In this document: piece by piece, positions 28,347 to 40,300 of the stretch
How the letters are laid out: each line of letters starts with the position of its first letter
How positions within the stretch are numbered: position 1 is the stretch's first letter
Origin: Antedon mediterranea
Taxonomy: Eukaryota; Animalia; Echinodermata
DNA: 64,000 nt
Assembly (NCBI RefSeq): GCF_964355755.1
Contig: NC_092675.1
Span: forward strand, 31,220,912-31,284,911
Direction of reading: 5' to 3'
Notes under the pieces: generated by a model
Databases searched by the model: none
What the model was told of the DNA's origin: nothing
The model's input: only the letters and a program-made list of their open reading frames with translations
Translations under genes and position numbers: made by a program

Positions 28347-31300
28347 ATGAAGAAGAGGTTTAGCATAGTAGGAAAGAAACGGTACAAGATGTCTTCTTCA
28401 CAGACTCGTTTACAGAGACCAGGCAGCACTGCTTCCTTATCCTTTCCCAAAGGATTGCTAAATGCTCCTGGTGAAAATAACTGTTTCTTAAACAGTGCTG
28501 TACAGGTAAGTAATCATTTCAAATACTTAAGTTGTGAATTTTTATTTTTTGTCAAACCAAAATAACGACTAATTCATGTTTGGTTTGGTTTGGTCTGTAA
28601 TGGTTGTATGATGCATGCTGTACAGCGCCACCAATCATCTTGTTGTTATTGACTATAAGCGCTGCGTTTCCGCTGACCATTTCCTGATTCAACTTTTTTT
28701 CAGCAAACAGTTTATTGACAAAAGTAAACGTCACTATGGTAAAGTATGTTATTCTGGTTTTATAAAAGTAAAATTCAACTTCAACTATTTTTTTGGAAGC
28801 AGAGTTTATTTAATAATTTCAAAGAATGGTATAGTTTATAAGATTATGAAGCCTAATTTTTACCACAAAAAAAAAGTTTGTTTTACTCTTTGTTATTATT
28901 TTGAATGACATTATCCATATTTGACCTTCTAAGCTGCGGTCAAATTGAAACCACGATTGTGTCGCAGTCAAAATTTCTTCCCAACTAATTACAAAATTTG
29001 GTGATGAAGACCGCAACCAATTGTAGTTTTTAAACTATATAAGATTAGTTTCTATTACGGTGTGGTTTTATGCTAGGAAGACACATTTCAATAGGAAAGA
29101 AAATGTAATGGTTTAAGTTCCTTCTCGGAACCGTCTGTTACTGTACTTTAATGATTTTAGACGAAGTACCAAACTGAAAAAAAAACAAAAACAAAACAAA
29201 CAAAATCATGTTACATTGCCATTGATCTACCATTCGGTTTTAAATATCTGTATATTAGTATAAAGGCAAAACTGTTACCGTATATAGATATTTAATAAAA
29301 TTGATTGCATGCAGAAGTAGAAAAATTGTTTTCTGAATAAAAAACAAAACGGGAAATGGTATAGGATTACTAATTGAGAATACAACATTCTTTAGAGAGT
29401 TATAATAACTGATTTGACAGCCTAAGGAATTTTGATGAGAATTTAAAATTGTATCATTGTCAAAATCCAACAATAGTTGGACTGTAAATTGCTGTCGTTT
29501 CCATGGTTATTTTTGTTTTGTTTATAATGTAATAATATGCTTTTCTCTCAACTTATTTATTGCACACATCTCTCAGGTTTCATTCATTCTGTTATTTATT
29601 AACACTTTATAATGTTAACATATTTTCACCGTTATTAATGAAAGCGATTGAAATGCAAGCATTACTAAATAAATGTGAAACTTAATTTATACCATAACAC
29701 TACTAATACATAAAGAACATAATGTGTGGTTGATAATGAAAGTATTGAAGTTAATCTGTCGGTTTAAGCACTAAAATAAACTGTGTAAATTATCATTACT
29801 AACCCATGATTTAAATGATGTTACTATAGGTTGTTAGTAGAAGATAAAAAGTTCACTAGCAAGCAGTACAGTTACGATTTCCCTAATATAATTTTTTTTA
29901 TTTCACCTTATTTATATAGGGTGACAATCAAGTGGCCCATTATGATAAGCTATGGAAGTGTGTGACAGTGGCTGTGTGTATACTAGTACCCATTAATACA
30001 ATACAATGATCTGTATAATTAAGTTAATAGCCATATAAGGACAGCATTAATATGAAGCTCGTTGCCAGGGAGTTGGTAGAATTGACAACATCTTTCTCCA
30101 CCCCCCCCCCCCCTCCCCTGTCCCCAAGACTAAAAAGATGCATGCTCAAACTTTTCACATTTTTGAGGGGAAAAAACCTTCTGTAAACATTCCTGGTTGC
30201 AGACTTTACTTGTTTCTATAATAAACATGTCATATTTTTGTTTCACAAATTTTAATTTATGTTTTTGAACCATATTTTTATAGGTGTTATGGCATTTGGA
30301 TGTATTTCGTCATAGTTTTCGTAACTATACTGGCCATGCATGCATGGGTAACTCGTGCATATTCTGTGCACTTAAAGTAATCTTTACACAGTTTCAATAT
30401 GGGGAAGAACAAGCCTTACCACCAGACGCTTTACGACATGCCCTTGCTCAGACGTTTAAGAATCAACAACGATTTCAACTTGGCTGTATGGATGATGCCG
30501 CAGAGTGTTTTGTAAGTAGAACCGTTACAATGACGTGTTATTTAAATAGATTATAACAATAAATACTGACAATTATTAAAACAAGTAATCATGAAGAATA
30601 TTTGATTATGAATTTATTTCATAATTTCTTGTTCCAGATTGTCCTTCTTATAAACAAAATCATTATTTTGTTGGTTATTCAAAATTAGGAATTAATAAGA
30701 CTACAACCCGTAGAAGATATAGGTAACACTGGGAGATTTGGCTTTTGCCTATGTATCATGTAATGATGAGTACTATTACTGTATCTCATCTGCTACGCCA
30801 CTATTCAAAATGTTATAATGTTTGTAATTTTAGTTTTTATGTTTCGGGAGGCAATACCTCTTTAACAGTATTTACAATTTCACAATTTAATTTCTTTTGC
30901 AGGAGAACATTTTATGTAGAATCCATTTCCACGTTGCACATGACATTAAGGAAGATCTATGCAATGTTAAACACTGTGTTCCTCATCGCAAATTTGGAAT
31001 GACTTTAGTCGAAAATGTAAGTACCGGATAAAATAGATTATATGTTAATAGTCTATTTTGTGCCTAGCTTACCTAGATAAACCGACAATAGCCCTTTCTT
31101 GATCATGGTGGTTTTTAGGAAGGCTCCCACCGGACATTGTTTATGGACTACACCATTTGTCTAGAGGGGTGTTCAATAAGAATTTCTACTTTTTGAGTTA
31201 TATCTCGCTCTTCGAAGAGAAAGAGCTATTGTCAGTTTATCCAGGTAAGTTAGGCACGACCAACACCACTATTGGTTTGTGTATTTTAAACATTCAATCT

Positions 31301-34300
31301 TTCAACTCAATATTCTATGTGGTTATGTTTTAGTTAAGAATAATAATAACTTCATTCAAAATCTCAGATCAAATTATAATGTCCTACTATTTTATTTTTA
31401 GAGTAAATGTCGCTGTGGTGCAACTTCAGAACCTTTCCCTTTTACACAAATGGTGAATTATGTATCTTGTAAAGCATTGTGGTAAGTCATCAAAATAAAC
31501 TGAAATAGAAACAAGCAATTTAGCAAGAAATGTGATAAGTCATCAAATAACAAACTTGCTTTCTTGCTAATGAAAGTCTAAGATAAAAAAGAAACCTTAA
31601 GCCGATTTTCCACTAGGCAAATTTTTTTAGCGCAAATCAAAAGTGTTAGCTTATACGCATGCGTAGAGAGGGATTTGGAAGATGGAAACGTGAATACGTA
31701 TACGTATAAGCTGATGCTTTCAATTCGTGCGAACAAATTTGGCTTTAAACTTACAAATGATAATCAGCTTACTTTATTGACTCTTCCCCCCCCCCCACCC
31801 CCACAGATTACTTAATTGTATTTATGTATGTATGTTATTATATTGTGGAAATAAAATAAAATTGAAAATTAGTGCAGAACATGTTTCAGTATACAGTCAA
31901 CTCTCCTAACACCGCACCCCTTTGGGCTGGCCAAATATGTCTGGTTTTCCGGAAGGTCTGGTACTCAGAATGTGCTTTTAATGGTAAAGGAGAATTTGGT
32001 ACCTTTTGGACTTCGTGAAAAGTCTGGGAGAAAAGTATTGGGAGAGTTTCTGGTTTTCAGAGAGTCCGATATTGGGAGAGTTGACTGTAATGAATTTCTC
32101 AGATTTACACCTCTGAGCTTCCCAATTTGTTCCTTGGAAGCTAATTTTAAAATATTTGATCTTTAAAGTTCTGAATTTCGGAAAAGTAAAATAAGACGAG
32201 AACCACGAACTATCAACTTTGGAGAACTGTTGTGTTACGCAAATGCTGTCGGTGATAGACGTGACTGTCCTGTGAGTTTTTGATTATAGTAACTTCTTTA
32301 GAATTGTACGAAATAAATCTTGAACTGAAGATCATTTATAGACAAAATTAATCATTGTATATTACATTGTTATTTGTAGAGTAATTGTGGAAAGAGAATT
32401 ACAATACAGCGAATAGTAACAAATAGCCCTGAAGTTGGTAAGAAATCTTTTCTATGATTAATAAATAATATACAGTGCTGCCAATTAAAGCACCCTCTCC
32501 TGACTAAGTACAGTGAGCAGTGTTCACTAGTCCTTATCTGAAAAGGCAGTGAGTGCTATTGACATGGATTACCTTCCTACTGTTTTAACTGCTCAGCTAC
32601 AAACCCATATAATGACTTTATGTATTGGATTATTTAAAACTCTGTTTACACTATCAAACTTATCACATATATAAGCATATCACTACCATATATGGGCACA
32701 TCACTTTTTTTTGTCACTTAAGGTTTGATAGTGTAGACAGAGCTTTAGATTATATATAATTATTTTTGTTCACCAGTAAGTGTAGGTCTGGTATGGGATA
32801 CTGATAGACCAAGTGTAGATCATATAATGGACGTTATTAACTGTCTTGGAACTACAGTAATGCTTAAAGATGTAAGTAATAATTGTTATACATTTTGTTG
32901 ACAATAAAGCTTTTGCAACAATTATTGTATCATATTTACTATGTTGAGTAACATTGAACAATGAGTATGCATATTTAAACCATGGGTGTCAGATATGGAG
33001 TGCAAGCAATCTTTTCCATCCCCCCCCCCCTCTTTTTTATTCTAAATAATTATAGGTTTAGTTTGTTATTTTTCAACTAAATGAAAACATTTCTTCTGGT
33101 TTCGATTCGTATAATAATAATATAAGTAGTTCTTTGATAGTAAACCAATAAAACTTACGTTGGCAAGACAGTTTCGTCTAGCTGTCAGCTTGACTTCTTC
33201 AGTTGCTATGATGCGTTATGGCGCCGATTGGTCTCCTTTCCAGCCACTAGATGATTTTGTTGTGTAGCCTAGGGGACCAGTCGTCGTCAGAAGCTGATCG
33301 TAAATGTGAGATAGTTGGTGCGCGCCTTCGTCTCTATTCATCTTTGTATTTTTATTTTGCTTTCTTATGCTGATGCTTTCTTTAATTTTACGTTTAAGCC
33401 AAACTTGTTCTTTGTGTAGTATCTCTATCTTATCCCAGTTAGGTATGTGGTTGTGTGTGGTCATATGGTCCGTGATTGCTGATTTATGTAAAATGGAGGA
33501 CGAAACTTTCCGTGATGCACGCGTCTGCATGTTCTGTGTGTTTTCCTCAACATCTTTCTTGTGCTCTTTAATTCTGGTTTTGAGTGCCCTACCCGTTTCC
33601 CCAATGTACACCATCTCACAGTTGGTGCACCCCACTTTGTAGACGACACCACAGGAATCCTCTTTGCATGCTTTATCTTTCGGTCGGACGATTAAGTTTT
33701 TAATTTTGTTAGATGGTTTAAAGTATGTTCGTATGTTATATTTTTTAAATGTTCTCTTGATTTTCTCTGACAGGCCTTGAATATATGGGATGGATATCGA
33801 CCCTCTTATATCTTCTGTTTCGGGTTGTTTGTCCGTTTTTTGTTTATCTAGGTTACGTTGTACCTTTCTAATCGTCCATGTAGGGTAGTTGCATTGTTTA
33901 AGTGAAGTATGTATCATCTCAGTTTCGTTCTGTTTGTCTGGATTATTTGTGATTATCGTGTTACATCTGTGTAGAAGTGTGCGGATAACGGATAACTTGT
34001 GTTGTAGAGGATGATGTGAGTTAAAGTCCAAGTATTGATTTGTGTGGGTGGCTTTCCTAAAAACTTTAGTGTTGATGTTGCCTTCCCCATCAACTAAAAT
34101 TAGCGTATCCAAGAATGGGATAGAGTTGTCTGTTAAGGACATTTCTTCGCAAGTGAAATTAATGTCATCATCGATTTTGTTTAAGTGTTGTAATAATGGT
34201 TGTGTCGCATCCTTGGGAATTATTGTTATAATGTCATCTACATACCTTTTCCACATCCTCGGTTTTATGTCGGTGTGAGCTGTAGTTATTGCCTCATTTT

Positions 34301-37300
34301 CCAGCCATTCCATAAATAAATTCGCAACAATCGGAGAACATGGACTACCCATGGCCATACCTGAATTTTGCTGGTAGATATCCCCTCTGAAGCTGAAATA
34401 TGTGGTGGTGAGGACCAATTGAAGCAATTCCATAATGTCGTTGATATGTAACCACGTTCTCTCTGATAGTTGTTTATCACAGTGTAAGCGTTCTTCAATT
34501 ATTTTGAGGGACTTGTTGACTGGTGTTTTGGTAAATAATGACACTACATCATAAGAGACCAATGTTTCATTTGGCTGTAACTTAATGTCCTTTATGTCAT
34601 TGACAAATTCAAGCGAATTGGTAACATGATGGATGCTGTTTCCAACTAGTGGTACGAGAATGTCGGCTAAGCTTCGTGACAAATTGTACATAATGGATCC
34701 CGTATAATCGACTATGGGACGTAACGGATTATTCATTTTATGGATTTTTGGTGTGCAGTAAATTCTTGGTGTGATGTCCGACGTGGGGTACAAGTAGTGT
34801 TTTTGTTTGACAGTGATTTTCTTTTCTTTGAGGAGTCTCGTGATTACAGTGATAAGTTTTTTCTTGTAGGATGAGGTTGGATTTTTCTTTAATAGCGTGT
34901 ATGTATCAGTATCTGAAAGCATGTTTCTCACTTTCTCATCATATTCTTTAGTGTTCAGAATTACTGTGGCCCTACCTTTATCGGCCGGTAATACCATAAT
35001 GGTTTTATCTTTCGCGATGTTGTTCAAAGCCTGCATCTCTTCCTTGGTTACACACAGAACATGCAGACGCGTGCATCACGGAAAGTTTCGTCCTCCATTT
35101 TACATAAATCAGCAATCACGGACCATATGACCACACACAACCACATACCTAACTGGGATAAGATAGAGATACTACACAAAGAACAAGTTTGGCTTAAACG
35201 TAAAATTAAAGAAAGCATCAGCATAAGAAAGCAAAATAAAAATACAAAGATGAATAGAGACGAAGGCGCGCACCAACTATCTCACATTTACGATCAGCTT
35301 CTGACGACGACTGGTCCCCTAGGCTACACAACAAAATCATCTAGTGGCTGGAAAGGAGACCAATCGGCGCCATAACGCATCATAGCAACTGAAGAAGTCA
35401 AGCTGACAGCTAGACGAAACTGTCTTGCCAACGTAAGTTTTATTGGTTTACTATCAAAGAACTACTTATATTATTATTTCAACTAAATGTAGTATTATTT
35501 TCTAAGATAGTAGGTAATATTTGTTACTTTCCATATATTTTCAATAATACAAATATTAAACTTGAGAAATGATGTATGTATGTATTATATTAGAGAGTTC
35601 CATCTCAAATGCTAATTTATCATGATCATCATACTTGTCTCAATTTTAACCCTCTTCTAACATCCCTGACAACACCCATGCTAACTGTATAAATTACTTT
35701 CTTTAGATATTTTATAATGTGCTGGATGATAAAACAAGATCTACTAAGTTCATCCTGGTAGGGGTCGTTACCTACTATGGAAAACATTATTCAACCTTCT
35801 TTTACAACACTCGACTTAAAATATGGGTTTATTTTGACGATGCATCTGTAAAAAAGGTGTGTCCATTTTATTATTTTTTTAGTTTACATCTAAGACTTTG
35901 TTAAAGAGAACAAGCAAAATAAGAAAATCTTATATTGCGTCGGTTTCCATCACAAATTAGATGCTCAAGGCACATTGACACAACAATGCAATGAATGAAA
36001 TCATGTAGTAAAGTCTATGTCTAATGATAAAGGTCTTAAGATTTGATTTAAAGGAGTTAATGCAGATTTAACATGTTCGAGAAGTTAACAAAGTTGTATC
36101 ATTATCATGATACTAGTAAATATACTCAAAGGCAGGGTCAAGTCAAGTATCATTTATTATCATTTGTTTTAGGAAAAACATAGAAATTCTGTTTGCTCTG
36201 TTGGCGGAGCACAATATCCAACGGACACAACACGAACTCAAAAACAAAAACATTACAAAAAAAAGTGTCTACATCATATTTAAGGGTTCGAGTGTATGAA
36301 GCATCCCAGTACAACACCATATGTATAGATGTGTGCAGTAACAACGAACAAACCTACAATTAATTGAATATATTGTCTATTACGTGACTAGCTTACCTGG
36401 GTAAACTTATATAGGCCTTTTCCCCTTTGAGGGGAGAACATATCGAAAAGTATAAATATTCTTAGCATTTCCCTCCAAGCTAGTGGTAATTTAACATGTT
36501 ATTTAAAATGTGCAGGTTGGGCCTAATTGGAAAGATGTTGTGGAGAGATGTCGCAAGGGTCACTACCAACCACTGCTACTGATTTTTGCTGACCCAAATG
36601 GACGTGAAGTTTCTATGGATACAGCACCAACTGATACGATTTTTGTCAATGGACCTTCAGACTCTGATGGTAATTTTGTTTTTCTGGCCTAAATTTGAAA
36701 ATGTGTAACAAAGAGTTGTTAATTTATAGTTATTTCTTGTTTCCATTTCAATTGTGTTAAGTTGTTTTTATTTTAGTTATTTTATTTCATTCACATCCAA
36801 CAGCGGAAAGCCCGCCACTTACAGAACGGAACATACAACAATAATAAGACAAAAAAATATATAAAATAGCAAAAAACCTTAATTTTACATTTAAAGGAAC
36901 TAAGAGTTTTTTCAGCTATAAAATTGACAAAATCTGATTTAATTTATTTTGTCTATTTACAGATTTTTCTGATGTAGATACTTTTGATGGGCAAGAACGT
37001 GAAGTGTACAAATCAGTGAACCCTCTGCCTGTTAATCATAACCACTATAATAGTACCAGCAGTTCTGCAAGCACACACAGTTATAAAAGCTTCACCTCGT
37101 TTGATTCTGCTAATACTGTTATCTATAAGCCATCTCCTGATGACCTTAAAATGTCAAATTATGACAGTAGACCGCCTAAACCTGCACGATCAAACTCATC
37201 GGAAATGTTTCGTCCGGTCAAACCAATACCAGAGTTCCAACCTCAAATTCAATCGGTTGATGGAAATTTTAATGGAAAGACATCTCGAACGGCAACTGCC

Positions 37301-40300
37301 AATCAAAATTGGGGTGTTGTTGAAATTGGGCGCGATGTTAGAAAGTTAATAACTGATGAAATGGCATATCCGTCTGAGGAATATTATCGTAATGAAGAAA
37401 GAAGGCAACTTGAGGAGTATGCTAATCAGAAGAGAGAAAAAGATTACCATAAAGCTGTTGCAGATCAAATGATATCAACTTTAAGAACTGAAACTGCTCC
37501 AACTTCCAATATGCATACACCCAAATTTCCAGATAGTAAAGATTTAATTGATTTAACACAAGAAAGGACTTACAAAAAACATAATGAAAGCCGTAGAAAA
37601 AGTGGAGAGTATGATGATCAGCAAACGTGGATAAATAGCATGAAGCCAGAATTGCTTGCCTATAAACCTCCTAACATGGCAGGGTCAAAGCCCAAAAGAC
37701 AGCCGAGTTTCCAGTTTGCTGTTGGTGCTGATTATCCACATACTAAGTCAAAACAATATCCAGAGGTTGCAGGAGGACCAGATAGAAATAAGATTGCACC
37801 TCAAAGACCCCAAAGTGCAATGAATAGATCTGAGCCTGGTTTGTCACAAACAAATCACAGAGCTCAATATAATGAAGGCCACAAACAAGTAATTGGTGGA
37901 AGGCCTCAAAGTGCGAGACCTTCTCAGCACACAAACTCAAGAAATAATGGGAATTATACAGTACCATCAAACCAAGCCAGCAGTACTTCAGAGCACCGAA
38001 GATCATTGGTATCTTCAAGGAGTGTCCCAGACTTAACAGAAAAATTGGCTTTTGAGCAAATGACCCATAAAGGGTACAGAGAAGACCCAGAGGTGAGTTT
38101 GAGGGCTACTCAACAGCCTAGACAATATACAGACAGACCTGACAGGAACTACCCAATAAACAATAATGTCCAGGATAAAAGTACAAGTAGTAAAATGCCT
38201 ACTTACAAGTCTCCACAAATCCTGCCGCAAAGTAGATCACCATCGATGGGGAGTTACAATGTGCAAAGTGGATTTGTTACTCTGCCACGTAAACGTCAAA
38301 GTGTTCCAATGAAAGCAGATCATGTCTCTGAAATGGTAGTGAAAGGAAACTATCCAATAAATGACAATGGTAGAAATGACTATCAACCAGCAAGTACTAC
38401 GTTGACATCAGGTGTACTTGATCAATTCCATCAAATTGGATATGGTGGACAACCAAAGTCTGATGCTTTGGAAGTTGGTTCACTTGGGCGGGATTCTGGA
38501 TACAGAAGTGGCGATCGTAACAGTACCAGTTCTGGTAGTATCTACTCAATTGATATGCTAGGTGACTACCAGTCTGCTAATGGATCTCCTTATAATAATA
38601 GATCCGAGACAAGTCAACATAATCCAAAGTACACTATGACAGAAATGCCAGCAAACGGTGCTGTGTATACAACTGCTAACACCAATACCACTATGAAACG
38701 TAAGTTGAGTTGAATTGCCAATACAATAATTTAGTAATTTAGTAATATTATATTATATTATATAGTATAGTAATTTAGTGATATAGTCCTGAGAGAACGA
38801 TATCCCAAGATGATTTCAAAATTTTACGGATAACCAACAATGTTTTTTTTGTCAATAATTCTTCATCAATCGAAGTCACCATTTCCAAAGAGCGTTTCTC
38901 AAGTTTTTCCTCCACAATTGTTTGTCGATCATTCCCGCAAACTATGTTTTTGGGCCTGACTGGTACATTTTGTTTTTGGGCCTGACTGGTACATTTTGTT
39001 TTTGGGCCTGACTGGTACATTTTTCTTTCAGAAAACTGGCAAGACTTGGTATGTGAAGCAAATAAATTGATAAAGAAATCCACAATAGCTGAAGATAGTG
39101 ATGATCTTGCTGTAGCACTGTCTATAGTTTCAAGTGCAATAAGTATGTACTTATGTAGGAACTTATTAATAAACTACAGAGAGTGGTGCTGGTGGTATTA
39201 TTTATTTTCTACTGTTACACATTCAGATGTAGCTTAAACCCAAATTGATTAATTTGATTTTGAACTTTTCCGTTATGTCTACTAAATGAATAATCAATAT
39301 GAGAAGATATAATTTTTTAATTCAATTCACCTTTATTTAACCACAAAGGCCCAGATCATGATTGTCCTTTCCTGGGGCCATGCAAGTATACAAATTCATC
39401 TTTAAAAATGATGTATCATATATAATAAAAATAGAAAAGAAAGATTCTAAAGTTTACGTTAAAATTATTTTCTCATGTTACTGTTTACACATTATCCACT
39501 ATTAATGTTTTATTGTCATATTAAGTAATCAATGGCACATCTTGTTTTTAGTGAATATCAAGCAAGCATTAAAAATTTCATATTTGGATCCGGCAACCAA
39601 GATTCTTTTGGAGAACATGTATCATACAACTGTAGCACGTTCTAGAAGCATACACAGTCGTTTACAAGTTCTGCAAAGACAAGATTCTAACCAGTCAAGT
39701 AACACAGATGAGGATGACTTGTAAGTGTTTTTTAAGTTTATGTACAGGTAACTTCTTGCCAATGAAGGTCTAAACATAAAGATACAATAATAAAAATAAT
39801 AATATATTTTAACCATGTCCTTAATGTTGATATAAAGGTGACAGTGTACCATGTATATTAGTTCTGAAAAGAACTGTTGAGTTTTTCGACGTTTCGATCA
39901 ATATGCATTTTTAGTTTTAACCTTTTCTATTAGATTGCATGTTAATCACCAAGTAACCACCCAATTCCAGAATATGAGTTTGTCTCATAGTAAAACATTT
40001 CCAGTTGAGCATCAAAGATATCAAAGTGACCCACATCATTTACCAGCTAATACACAAATACGCCAAGAGCCAAGGAGGAATAGAAAAGAAGCATACCAGA
40101 GTTACACTCCGGTTACCAGTACCTATCCACAGGTTGCTACTCAACCAAAACCTGCTGATAGGTACTCAATTGAAACCCAGAAACAGAGATATACTAAGTA
40201 CACATCCTTACAAGAACCAGTTCAAAGTAACTACCCACAGTACAGTCAAAGTTTAAAAGTAGAAGCAAGTAAAATGTACTCACATCAGAAATACACAGAG

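Larger units (their letters stand above)
33081..35476. mobile_element. Penelope-like retroelement insertion 1: ~1.97-kb 5'-truncated copy (-) fused head-to-head with a ~430-bp 3' fragment (+), in a USP54 intron
   Basis: RT+GIY-YIG ORF; junction at 35049/35050; TSD TTTCAACTAA(ATG) at 33071 and 35477. Confidence 0.92.

Noticed and set aside
33367-34498. Short ORFs overlapping the PLE ORFs (and their copies at 44514-46735)
   Set aside because: Alternative-frame or antisense by-products, repeated only because the element is repeated
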